From assembly GCA_024626585.2 (NCBI GenBank), contig JANKJI020000004.1:162909067-162930936 (forward strand): a stretch of 21,870 bases of DNA. The letters run 5' to 3'. A model generated the notes under the pieces. It had not been told where the DNA came from. It did not search any database and saw only the letters and a program-made list of their open reading frames with translations. Below are positions 10,131 to 21,870 of this stretch, piece by piece (positions within the stretch are counted from its first letter, which is position 1; each line of letters begins with the position of its first letter). The position numbers and the translations under genes are program-made. This DNA comes from Ginkgo biloba. Taxonomy: Eukaryota > Plantae > Ginkgophyta.

Positions 10131-11407
10131 ATTCTAGCACCCTCTGTGAATTATTTACTAACTAGTGCTCATCTACTAATGAAGAAATTAGTATCTAAGA
10201 TAACTTTTTATTAACCTTTGGATCTAGATTAAATATAAACAACTCTAACTTTAGAAACCATAGAACTCATAGATTATACTAAAATTTTTTTATATTTTAG
10301 TGTTTTGTTTATTCCTATATTATATACCTACTCTAATCCCATTACTAAGATAGGAATAAGATAGGTTTCTAGATATGAAAATTTCACATGGAAATGATAT
10401 TTATAAAATATCTCATATTGACCTGTAATACTACTTTCTTTATCTCTCTTAATTTATCCTCCCTCTCCCCATCTAGGGGTCCATTTGTAACACATCATTT
10501 AATCTCTAGTCTTCCTTTCAACATCATCTTAGCTCCATATGATAGGCCTCCCTATTCTCCTTTTATCCATTAGTCCTTGATGTAATATGATATGGTAGTG
10601 ATGAGTGGCATGATCTTAGTTTCATCCTTTAGTTGAGTAAATCAATATTATCAAAACATTGAATACATAGAGGTATCATCTTTTAAATGTTATAGATATT
10701 AGTCAAAGGTCATGCAAACTAAATCTAATTTGATTAAGGCATTAATTATATATATTGTTTACATGATTGATAGTGCTGGTAAGTATGATTGATTGTTTAC
10801 TTATTAAGGTAGGACATAAAAATTATTGATCTAATTAGAAAATCAATCTATCCATTTATATATCTCATTAAATTTAACTTTATCCATAATTAGTGCCTAT
10901 TGAATGAATAGATAAATTATGACCTATCTATAACAAGTTATTCTAGTAAGTATATGGTTCCTCCATAGGCCAGTCAAGTTTTTTTATGGTGGAAATAATG
11001 AATCCATTCTATTTACTGTATTCCTCATTCTCTAACAATTAGTTATAAAATACACCAANNNNNNNNNNNNNNNNNNNNNNNNNNNNNNNNNNNNNNNNNN
11101 NNNNNNNNNNNNNNNNNNNNNNNNNNNNNNNNNNNNNNNNNNNNNNNNNNNNNNNNNNAACATGCAAAGTATACAACACATATCCAACAATAAATAAATG
11201 CCAAGAAGGCAAGCCTTGGGAAGATAATGTAAGTGAGGAATGACATGCATTACTAATTTAAAACTAGTGTAGTATATAAGGGATAATAAAAAGTGATATG
11301 AAGACCATCATAAATGATGAGTAAAATCCTATCTATAGTTATACAAAGTCATTGCAAAAAAATGTAAGAGTAAAAACAACTTATAAAAAATTAGGAGCCA
11401 TTATTAG

Positions 11408-13710
11408 ATGATAAAATATATCAGCATGGAGTTAAGAAGTAACTCAATTGAGAAAGAAATTTATTTGACAATAAATAAATGAGATAGTGAAATTCATTAT
11501 ATTGACAAAAGCTATAAAAATATCTAGGCATATGTCATTACATAAAAGGAAGCAAATTTCATCTAAGAGCTGCATGTTAAGCATAGTTGGAGAAAATTGT
11601 TAAAAGCTCAAAGTAAATTTCCAAATGAAAAGATCATCTGACATTCCAACTTAATTATTGCACTTAGATAGAAGGGGGATTTTTAAGGATTAAATTACTC
11701 ATGGAATTAATAATAATAAAGTAAGAATTTAATAATGACATTATACAAATGTCAAGCAATTTGAAAGAAACAATCCAATAGGAATGTATCCATTACCAAG
11801 GTGGAAAAGTTGGTAGAAAGATATAGAAAAATAAAANNNNNNNNNNNNNNNNNNNNNNNNNNNNNNNNNNNNNNNNNNNNNNNNNNNNNNNNNNNNNNNN
11901 NNNNNNNNNNNNNNNNNNNNNNNNNNNNNNNNNAAGAAATTTAATTCTCATACATGATTTTAAGCATGCTCGAAAGCTATAATAATGAAAGGGCTTTAAA
12001 AATGAATAAGAAATTAATAAAATTGAATAAGGAATGGAGTAAGGATTCAAAATCAAAGTTGATAATAGTTAATCATTGAGCTATATAAATTTCAAAGAGA
12101 ATTTTTAAATGTTATAAATATTTATCAAGTGAAAATGATTTAGAAAAATACAAGGAATATGGAATTTATTATATTATATGCTTTCATCATTTACATAAGG
12201 AGCATGAAAAGTGAAATGGTCTTCTAAGAATATAAAGGATGTCAATATCTATGTGAAAGTAACTTTGTAAATGGATCCCAAGGAGGTAGAAATGAACTTC
12301 AATTGCAATACAAGTTGAAATTCCAATAACTAATTGAAAATTGTTGATAATCATAAGAATAAAGTTCTTATGGTCCCCTTGGAAAAAAGAACAAAGAACC
12401 TATAATCTAGTTAAGTAGGTACAAATATGTGATCCTAAGGATATAGGAAGATTGGGGGTTAAGAGACCCAAATTTAATTATTGACATAAGGGGAGAAAAA
12501 AGAGCATGGAATTTGGTTCAAAAAAGTGAGGCACAATGAAAAGAAATAGTTAAAATGAAATATTGTGCTCATTAGTACCATAAGAAACTAATAAAAAATC
12601 AATTTAATTTATAAAAGTTATCCTTATTTTAGATTCTAATGATGAGATGCTGAGATCAAATGACGAGGGAGATTTTCTTAGGGATAGGGACATGTAATAT
12701 TAGAATAAATATTGACTTTTACGAGGATAAATGGATAGGATTAGGAACTTATTCATTGAGAATAATAAATATCAGGAAGTGTTCTAGTGCTACAAACAAA
12801 TTGGATTGATCATAGTAAATTGATTTATAGATGCATAAAATGTTTGTTGGTATCAAATAGATGAATTAATTTATCTCATTAAACAACAAGGTATAGCATC
12901 ATATAAATATCNNNNNNNNNNNNNNNNNNNNNNNNNNNNNNNNNNNNNNNNNNNNNNNNNNNNNNNNNNNNNNNNNNNNNNNNNNNNNNNNNNNNNNNNN
13001 NNNNNNNNNNNTTGGATAAAGATGGAAATTTATTGGAATCATCCATTCAATTGAAACTTTTAATAATCTAGGCAAAGAATGCAAGTTTAATATAGATCAT
13101 TAGAGAACCCAAAATTATCATAAATTTTTAGAAAGAGTAGTAGGAAAGAATGGACAATAAATTACAAATTGATATGAATGATAGTATAGTTAGAGAAAGT
13201 TATACTTTGTAAAATGATTTAGACTAAAATTGGTCAACTATTTAACTTTTTCATTAGATTTAATAATATGAATAATCTTGTAAGAAAGTAGAATATGAAA
13301 TATAAAACTATAAAGTATAATATATTAAAAGGGAAAGCATAAATGGGAAGATGGAAAAACCCAAAAGTAATGAATAAAATATAAGGAAAACATATGAAGA
13401 GTTGTGAAATGATAATGTAAGTACGTAATGATAATTTTTTCTAATATATGAATAAATGAAAAAGATTGAATAGGTGTTAATGAAAAATAACATACCCTAA
13501 TAATATATGTCAAGAACATATTCAAGGATAAAATATGGGGGCTCCTTATGCACAAATATGTCCTTAATTATATAATGATGCATATAAAAATCAAGAAAAT
13601 ACATTAATGCATGATGGGAGAAAATAATATCATGCATTCTCATCAATGATTTTCAAAGAAATAAAAATCCAGAAGGCTACCCCCATAGGGAGATGGAATG
13701 AAAATTAAGA
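11408..13710 (+). mobile_element. Degenerate plant L1-clade LINE ORF2 (endonuclease N-terminus plus post-RT C-terminal region)
   Basis: MIKYISMELRSNS at 11408 (cf. MKIISWNVRGLN). A W..GGDFN-like TAGATAGAAGGGGGATTTT at ~11666-11684. KKLIKLNKEWSK at ~12008-12043. One frame across 12311-12469 reads QVEIPITN*KLLIIIRIKFLWSPWKKEQRTYNLVK*VQICDPKDIGRLGVKRP (cf. IP...R.FLW...LV.W..IC.PK..GGLG). GEKRAWNL......*KEIVKMKY at ~12492-12563. GIGTCNIRINIDFYEDKWIG at 12681-12740 (cf. IG.G..I.FW.D.W.G). The 3' end (possible PP.G..K RNase H start at ~13677-13707) is weak. Confidence 0.8.
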
Positions 13711-14519
13711 ATACATTCAAAACATATAATGTTAGAATAATATCATCCCCTCCTTTTACCTCTATATAAAAGTGGTATATATACAATGATGGTGGAACTT
13801 AGGGGGTAACTTGATAAGTAACACAAGGATAAGTAATGTGGGAGAATGTTATATGCAAGAAGGTGTTAAAAAGGGTGTTAATCGATGCCCCCTAAAGACT
13901 AAGGCCCATAGTGAATAAAATGAGTGAATGGAAAAAAGTATTTGAGAAGAACCTTATTATGTATAGGAATGGAATAGAATGAAATAGGCCACATGGGTAT
14001 GGACATGTCCTATCCTCATGGTAATATTACAATGATAAATACATGTGTGTATGAAAGTATATTCCATGACTTAGGAACTAATGAACTGAAATGAAGTCGC
14101 ATTGAAGATATAAAATGGAACACGTTTGTTATTGTTAAGATGCCCAATGTTAGTTTAAAGGTATGGAGGTTCCCTAATGTTAACTAGATGTATGAAATGG
14201 TACTTGAACATTATTGTTGAGAATCCAATCCTTTGATAATAAATATACATGTACATAAGCGCTATGCAATTATGTAACCATAATGTGGGATGGGATAATT
14301 TAAGTGTGACATTCGATGATAAAATGCTAAAATACTAATCAAGATAGATATAATAAAGGAGGATCAATATGTTGCCCCTACCCATACTATTTAGAAATAA
14401 ATGATGGAATAAAACTACCTATATATATGTCATATTTTCCAATAGAAAACCTCAACTTCTTTTCATATCTTATTCTTTTGGGTAGTACAAATTATGAAGG
14501 AAATTCTATTAACTAAATT

Positions 14520-14630
14520 ATTACCAATGGGAGTATGTAAATGAGACCTTATATCCAAGTTGAAAATAAATTTTCCATGTGTACTAGTTCTAGAAATATA
14601 ATATTGAAGATATGAGACCAATATCATTCT
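14520..14630 (+). mobile_element. Possible Gypsy aspartic-protease C-terminal fragment
   Basis: LPMGVC at 14521, and GTACTAGTTCTAGAAATATAATATTGAAGATATGAGACCAAT (14581-14622) resembling DNA encoding D(V)VLGI.WL..LGP. Confidence 0.3.
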
Positions 14631-16032
14631 TTAATGGATGTGATGTTGAAGTAAGGACACCATGGTTAAGTTGAATCACTAGAGTAGAACNNNNNNNNNN
14701 NNNNNNNNNNNNNNNNNNNNNNNNNNNNNNNNNNNNNNNNNNNNNNNNNNNNNNNNNNNNNNNNNNNNNNNNNNNNNNNNNNNNNNNNNNTCATTTATCT
14801 CATTAGTAATTATCATGGAATTTCATGGTAGAGATTTTATGAGGACACCAATGATTTATATATGTTATTAGTTACACGAGGAAGACAAAATCCTATACTT
14901 ATTATAGGTTAATCTAGGTTATTATTGATAAATAATAACCCACGAAAAATTTAAAGGGACAAGGTTTTTTCAATTGTCTACATCAATGAAAATAATTAGT
15001 CAATAGTTATGCAGTGTGACACTATGTTCTTACTGAGACATGATCGATACGTGAGTCAATTATATGTTTTAAGGTTTATAGTTTTTATACTCATAGTTAC
15101 TTTAAAATCAATAATACATTAGTCACATCTTATTCAAACTTGAAGAATTTTGAATTTATTGGAATCACCCTTCCATTTTTTCTATGCTACGAAATTTTAA
15201 TTTAAAATTTATATTTTTGATACCCTTATTTGTCTTAAGATAAGTAACTTCTTTGTTTTATAAATTTTTAAGTTCTTACTTGATTTAGTTTCTTGATGTT
15301 CTTTAATTTCCTAACATTTTTTTTTGTTTTCTAGTATCTTATGGGGTTATATCAATTTAATTTTTATATGCCTATTTCCTTTAGGATAATAGGGCTTGAT
15401 AACTTGCTTAGAAGAAGAGTAGTAAATCAATCAACTTATATTTTTATGTTGTAAACACCTAGGTTTCTAATACTATTTTTTCATTCTCAATATGTTCCAA
15501 ATCATCAATAACATTTATTTTGACACCTAGGTGGATTTTGGTTGTTGAATATGTGTGGGAATGTAGGATGGAGGGAGTATTGATTTTACCTTATTTAATT
15601 CTTAAGTTGTATGAGAGATATTAATACCTACGTAACTATTCCACTAGTAAGTATTACATTTTTTATATTATTATATAGTATTTGTATTGTCAAAACTATT
15701 AATGATGGACTAATGCAACAACACCTAATCCTAGCTAGATAATTTAAGAAACTAATTGTAATACTATTTGGAATGAAGAGGGGTGGTGAATTATAATGGC
15801 CATGTTATAATAATAATAAAATTTCCACACTATCAAGTTCCCATTAGGTGTTGATATACGAGCTAAATATGTTGAGATATTGGTATAATAGCTCCAACAC
15901 TTTGATAATACTTATATTAATTGGTTATATACATTGTAAGTGAAAGTAAGATGAAAGCCATGTCATCCTAATCACATCACATATATACTTAAAATTATAT
16001 TCTTATAACACGTTCCTCCAATGGCACATTGG

Positions 16033-16272
16033 TGTTAGAATAATGCATATTTGGTTAAGGTTAATTAACTGAGGTTTAACCAAGGGTTGTAACCCAAGAG
16101 TTGTGTCACTTTGTGAAGGGTCATTGAGATCCTATTTATAATTATCTGGCTATTGTATTTCTCACTTGACTTGACTAATATGATCTATTATCTACTTGTG
16201 AATTGAATTATCACCACGTAAATCATTTTTTGGTGTTCTGTATCTCTCTGTTCCATTACTCAAAATTCTACA
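16033..16272 (+). mobile_element. 5' LTR (240 bp) of a Copia-like retrotransposon
   Basis: Starts TGTTAGAAT and ends ATTCTACA (inverted termini TGT(T)AGAAT). TATA-like CCTATTTATA at 16131-16140. CCACGTAAATC...GGTGTTCT in the U5 position resembles a motif I recall from plant Copia LTRs. Immediately followed by a PBS. Confidence 0.7.
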
Positions 16273-16284
16273 TGGTATAAAAGC
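16273..16284 (+). promoter_or_regulatory. Primer-binding site complementary to initiator tRNA-Met (degenerate)
   Basis: TGGTATAAAAGC directly after the LTR CA is a 10/12 match to the canonical TGGTATCAGAGC. Confidence 0.65.
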
Positions 16285-16950
16285 GATAAATTATTCATGG
16301 GAAACTATGAAGGCCTAAAGAAGGCTAGGTGACCTCAGTAAAGAGAACTAATGCAATAGAAAGACTAAGAGGAGAAAGAACAAAGCGCAGAGACCAAAAA
16401 TGACCTATTAGCTTCTTGAATTGATTGGAGACTAATTGTTGATCATTTTTAAATCTGTAAGATTCTAGAGGATAGCAAAGATCAGGGAAACCTCACTACA
16501 ACTTAAATCATGAAAAATTATTGAGAAAAGAGGGAGAATGACCTCCCTAAAGTTCTCCATCACCGTTGTGTCATTGCTCGATTACATAGTAGGTTTTTTG
16601 AATTTTTATTATTTTTTTTAAAAGTTTTTGAAAAATTAAATTTGTTTGGATAAAAGTTTGAGGTATGAAATATTCTGAGGAATATTCTTTGTTGACAATT
16701 TGACAATTTGACCGCATTGATTCGGTGAGAGAAAAAGGAAGAGAAGAACTAAAATTCAAACTGTGATAACTTTCGCATATGGTGTTCATTTTGTGAACCA
16801 TTCAAATCGTCAAAAAGCTTATTCTGAGTACTTTCATTTGACGCTAATTTTGAAGGATGATGATAATTAATGGAATCATGGTACCCAATTTTGATAGATT
16901 AAACTATATCAACTAGAGTAAGAGAATGATAACTATTTTAGCAGGAAGAG
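16285..16950 (+). mobile_element. Probable 5' leader/internal region of the same element, running into a gap
   Basis: Continuous with the PBS and retains CG, CAG and CTG like the LTR. No gag ORF is visible before the 418-N gap at 16951. Confidence 0.4.
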
Positions 16951-19908
16951 NNNNNNNNNNNNNNNNNNNNNNNNNNNNNNNNNNNNNNNNNNNNNNNNNN
17001 NNNNNNNNNNNNNNNNNNNNNNNNNNNNNNNNNNNNNNNNNNNNNNNNNNNNNNNNNNNNNNNNNNNNNNNNNNNNNNNNNNNNNNNNNNNNNNNNNNNN
17101 NNNNNNNNNNNNNNNNNNNNNNNNNNNNNNNNNNNNNNNNNNNNNNNNNNNNNNNNNNNNNNNNNNNNNNNNNNNNNNNNNNNNNNNNNNNNNNNNNNNN
17201 NNNNNNNNNNNNNNNNNNNNNNNNNNNNNNNNNNNNNNNNNNNNNNNNNNNNNNNNNNNNNNNNNNNNNNNNNNNNNNNNNNNNNNNNNNNNNNNNNNNN
17301 NNNNNNNNNNNNNNNNNNNNNNNNNNNNNNNNNNNNNNNNNNNNNNNNNNNNNNNNNNNNNNNNNNNNAATATTTTCATGATGCATAATCATTCAATTAA
17401 GTATGATATTGTAAATTAAAATAAATACACATGCATTTTGTGATTTTTTATTGTATAAAATACTATAAATGTTTATAGTATGATATTTTGTGTTGTAATA
17501 TGAATAATTTAATATTTATTATCCCACTTTGTGAGAGTGGTAAAGTTGGTAATCTTTTGTAGGTAACTAATTGGTATGATTGATCCCATGTGTTTTGGTT
17601 GTGCCCACTTTTTTAAATATTGATGAGAGTTTGGAGGAATTTTATTTACGAAGCATACATGAATACTCTTTGAAAACTTATGTGTTGTGATGAGCATTGC
17701 ATTTACGATATTGTCACCCTACCTTAATAATCTTGGAGTAAGGTCCAAGATGTGAATCTACATTAATAGAATTGTTGATTAAAATTATGTTTTAATTAAT
17801 AGTTATGTTGTTTGATGGTGTATTAATAGTATTTTCTCTTATTAATTAACTAGATAAACTCTTAGAGAGAATTTAAAAGAGAATCCTTCATGGAGATATA
17901 TTGCTTTAATAAATTTGATCTTGTGGTGATATTAAGGTTGAGTTGTATTTTCCTCATTAAGAAACTTAATAATTGGCTTACCATTCTAAAACAAAATACA
18001 TATTATTGAAAGAGAGTTCTATCATATTGATGTTATATATTTTTATTATTTTGTCCAATAATTATTAGTCTTAATCATTAACTAGAATTTGACCAAGATT
18101 AGAGTTTTTTGGCAAAACAATATTTTCCTAATCCTTATAAATCAAAATATTAAATTAAATAATTATGGAATTCATTATTTAGTGATTCTTAGTATTATTA
18201 TGGAGAGGTCTATATTGCATGAACATAAGGGATGGTGTTTGTTTAATATGTGTGATTATCATGTGTTGAAGATATATGCTCTCTTTTAATAATATTAATT
18301 TTTCCTTCATGCATGAATTAAATTTCTTTAGATAATATAGTTTTGATTACACACATATCATTAATCCAAGTTAGACCCAATAAAAGGTTATATTCAACTT
18401 ATTTGACTTAAACTCAATATTGGATTCTGATATATATTCCTTAACTTTTAGAAGTGATTGAGAAATATTGAGAATAATGAAGGAACTACACTACTATGCT
18501 CTAACTCAACTTCTCAAATGTATACTACTATGCTTAGCAACACCGGTCGACATGACCTAAATTTATACTCTATAATGAAAAATAATATCTCAGGAAGAAA
18601 GGTACAACATTTTCTAGGACATCATAGATTTCCCTTTTTATGCAACATATTTCCATGGATGCACCATGTTTTTTACTAACGAAGATACTNNNNNNNNNNN
18701 NNNNNNNNNNNNNNNNNNNNNNNNNNNNNNNNNNNNNNNNTGACTTTTTTATAGTCTGCACATGTGATACTTTTCATATGATTTAAAATTAGTAATATGA
18801 TAGAGACATTTCCAACCTAAAATAACACAAATATGACTTTCCAAGACATAACCTCCAAGTAAGATTCTAGGCAAGGAAGATTATATAGAAATAGAGAAGA
18901 AAATAACAAAGGCTAAAATTGGATATAATAACAACTTGACATTAATTACAATGTAATATGTAAAATATAAATCCCAAGGCTCTCTTAAATAGATAATCCA
19001 TGGTCCCCTAGGAGAGTAGAGTATATGTAGATCTAATATCATGAAACCACTTATGCAATTTTAGACATGTAGGAAATCTTCAATTTTGGAGTCCATATAA
19101 TCCATCCATACCACGAAGATATTTATCCCTAAAATAAGTCCATTTTCAGTTATAAATGGTTGAGACTANNNNNNNNNNNNNNNNNNNNNNNNNNNNNNNN
19201 NNNNNNNNNNNNNNNNNNNNNNNNNNNNNNNNNNNNNNNNNNNNNNNNNNNNNNNNNNNNNNNNNNNNNNNNNNNNNNNNNNNNNNNNNNNNNNNNNNNN
19301 NNNNNNNNNNNNNNNNNNNNNNNNNNNNNNNNNNNNNNNNNNNNNNNNNNNNNNNNNNNNNNNNNNNNNNNNNNNNNNNNNNNNNNNNNNNNNNNNNNNN
19401 NNNNNNNNNNNNNNNNNNNNNNNNNNNNNNNNNNNNNNNNNNNNNNNNNNNNNNNNNNNNNNNNNNNNNNNNNNNNNNNNNNNNNNNNNNNNNNNNNNNN
19501 NNNNNNNNNNNNNNNNNNNNNNNNNNNNNNNNNNNNNNNNNNNNNNNNNNNNNNNNNNNNNNNNNNNNNNNNNNNNNNNNNNNNNNNNNNNNNNNNNNNN
19601 NNNNNNNNNNNNNNNNNNNNNNNNNNNNNNNNNNNNNNNNNNNNNNNNNNNNNNNNNNNNNNNNNNNNNNNNNNNNNNNNNNNNNNNNNNNNNNNNNNNN
19701 NNNNNNNNNNNNNNNNNNNNNNNNNNNNNNNNNNNNNNNNNNNNNNNNNNNNNNNNNNNNNNNNNNNNNNNNNNNNNNNNNNNNNNNNNNNNNNNNNNNN
19801 NNNNNNNNNNNNNNNNNNNNNNNNNNNNNNNNNNNNNNNNNNNNNNNNNNNNNNNNNNNNNNNNNNNNNNNTAAATTTTTTCAAAGACATATGAATCCTG
19901 TGCATGGG

Positions 19909-19925
19909 TTTTTTTTTTTTTTTTT
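19909..19925. repeat. T17 homopolymer
   Basis: Run of 17 T read directly from the sequence. Confidence 0.9.
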
Positions 19926-19959
19926 GAAGAAGTGGATGGAAGAATTGAAAGTTGAAAAT

Positions 19960-21300
19960 AAATAGGTAATTTGGTAAGAATTCCCAAATTGTCCTGAAAA
20001 GGAGATAACGTTAGTGAGTGATGAAGATCCCTATTGTATCTATAATGGATATAATAAAGGAAATCATCCTAAGTCTTGGCATGCCTATGATTGAAGATCT
20101 ATGACATGTGTGCTAATATATTATTAATAACCTATTTTATCCATATATTTATGGGTGAAAGGAAGGTTAGATATTTCTATTAGTGTCCATCATCCCCCAA
20201 AGGCTAGCTCAAATGTTATTGGAATATTTTCTATCTTAATTAGAAATAATGGAAGAATCCAAACCATAATGGACCCAAATACGTATAAAAAATAACTTTG
20301 TGACCTATATCCTTTTGAAAATCCATCAAAATATCCATTTTATGACACTTAACCAAATATATATATATATATAGTCATGAACATAACGGGTTGGAGGAAA
20401 CCCTCCTATGAAGTCCATAGAAATAGACTCCCATGGATGTTATTATACTAGAAGGGAGTGATACTTTCTAATCTTCCTATTGAAAGGATTGGATATGAAA
20501 AAAAGTGAACATACTTGAATGTGCTCCTCTACATCAACCTAAATATTGAATAATAAAATTAGCACTAAAGATGTTTTAAATTCATATTAACCTCAAAGTG
20601 CCCAACTACCCCAAAGTGATGTTCCTCTCTGATCAATTGATTTTAAAAACTTGCATTAGGTATACTGACCAAACCTAGTAAATATAATGAATCACCAGTG
20701 AGATAAGAATATCTCAAGGAATACTCTTTATAAACTAAAGGATTAGAAATGTTTTCTATGATAGAGGCAAATTCCAAATCAATATGGTATAAGTTTTTTC
20801 ATTTAGAAAATACAAATGAAGTAGCATATAGTATATGAAATAAGGAGTGTATAGGGGGTCTACTAAAGAGTCAGTTACCATATTACTATTTTATTTCTTT
20901 TAATTGATCATTATATGGGACTACTTTGGTCCTATATCTTATTTAATGATTACACAATCTAAAGTTCTTGGTGGTCAAAATGGATGATTATCTCCTTTCC
21001 AAGGAGAGAATGTTTCTAATGCTTTACAAATTTCACTATAGCAGAGATATCCTTGTAGTAACCATTGTACCTCTATATTATATCTATTTAAAACTCATAA
21101 TGGTAGGAAACTATCTTACCTAGATATTTGATAACTACTCCAATGTCTTGACTAGAGGAATATTCCTTTATCTCAAAAGGTAACTATAAGTTTAGCATGT
21201 CCAAAGTTGGTGCCATGAAAATTTTTTATTCTAGAAAGTAAAAGGTATTTATTATTTATTTCTCCATGTGATGACTTATTTCACCTTCATAATATGTTTC
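19960..21300 (+). mobile_element. Possible Tat/Ogre-type Gypsy gag-protease remnant
   Basis: DEDPYCIYNGYNKGNHPKSW at 20020-20079 (cf. YC.YH...GH...C gag knuckle), DQL..KT...SP at ~20630-20700, PLY at 21070, and IFDNYSNV at 21124-21147 (cf. protease LIDNGS..N). The order is right but the matches are very degenerate. Confidence 0.4.
20357..20373. repeat. (AT)8 microsatellite
   Basis: ATATATATATATATATA read directly from the sequence. Confidence 0.9.
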
Positions 21301-21870
21301 AGTGGTGAAGTAATCTCAAAAAAATCCTATACAAACTTCTTATAGAAGTCACCCAAGAATAAGAAACCACAAAGGTCATGAATATTGGTGGGTATTATAT
21401 AATCCCTCAATACCACAATATTAGATGGATGTACTCAAAATCTATGTTCATAAATACTTAATCCTAATTAAGAAATGTTGTGAATGGTAAAGTGGAATTT
21501 CTCTTACCCATAATTCATGCTCTTACAACCTTTAAAGGACCCTATATAAATTTATATGATTATGATGATCAATATGGCCAAAGAAAGGTTCATCCAAGTC
21601 ATCATCCAAACCACTATTAAATCATAATCTTATTTCATTTTATATATCATGGGAAAAAAATAGTCTCCTTATTCAAGTATTTACATATCAAATGAATGTG
21701 TTTAATCTCCATTTTACCTATTTCATTTATTACATCAAAATAGTCTTACATTTTTTTCTTCATCTCATATAATATGCATGGTAGAGAAAATGTTTGAGCT
21801 AATCCATTATAAGAACAACCTAATTCTTTGGAGGGTATTATACAAAATACATTTAATTATAATTTCTCAT

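Larger units (their letters stand above)
245..19871. other. Eleven assembly gaps (N runs)
   Basis: 245-258, 2822-2921, 4800-4927, 6976-7075, 11059-11158, 11837-11933, 12912-13011, 14691-14790, 16951-17368, 18690-18740, 19169-19871. Five are exactly 100 N, the usual unknown-size placeholder. Confidence 0.97.

Noticed and set aside
13730-13741. TGTTAGAATAAT identical to the start of the LTR at 16033, suggesting an LTR pair
   Set aside because: Similarity stops after about 12-17 bp, and the PBS at 16273 marks the 16033 copy as a 5' LTR.
18458-18761. Overlapping 73-aa and 63-aa ORFs
   Set aside because: No homology cues, and one spans a gap.
18760-19168. Possible antisense LTR (CTATTTAAGAGAGCC TATA-like on the minus strand)
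   Set aside because: No definable termini, TSD or PBS; bounded by gaps.
16913-19987. Longest ORFs in the track (148-273 aa)
   Set aside because: Almost entirely X from N gaps; artefacts.

Overview
Very AT-rich (roughly 30% GC by eye), gap-riddled draft eukaryotic DNA with 11 N-runs totalling about 1.9 kb. No intact protein-coding gene, RNA gene or CRISPR array can be supported. The ORF-track entries are chance ORFs, N-gap artefacts or scraps of dead transposons. CG and CAG/CTG are both scarce over most of the window, which points to a heavily methylated plant genome; a large gymnosperm-like genome is an inference only. The window reads as an old transposon graveyard: a probable solo LTR (983-1391), a minus-strand LINE zf-RVT remnant (~5.5-6.1 kb), a second LTR-like block (~7.55-8.13 kb), a decayed minus-strand Ty3/Gypsy pol (~8.6-10.1 kb), a plus-strand L1-type ORF2 apparently missing its RT core (~11.4-13.7 kb), a Copia-like 5' LTR with tRNA-Met PBS (16033-16284) and a possible Tat/Ogre gag-protease remnant (~20-21.3 kb). 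There are also local tandem repeats and hairpins. I found no convincing novel biological system. The best leads are a small CG/CHG-retaining island at ~3.5-3.65 kb next to a 78-bp duplication, and the strong deletion-driven compaction of the retroelements. All protein-motif calls are by-eye translations across stops and frameshifts, not database results.
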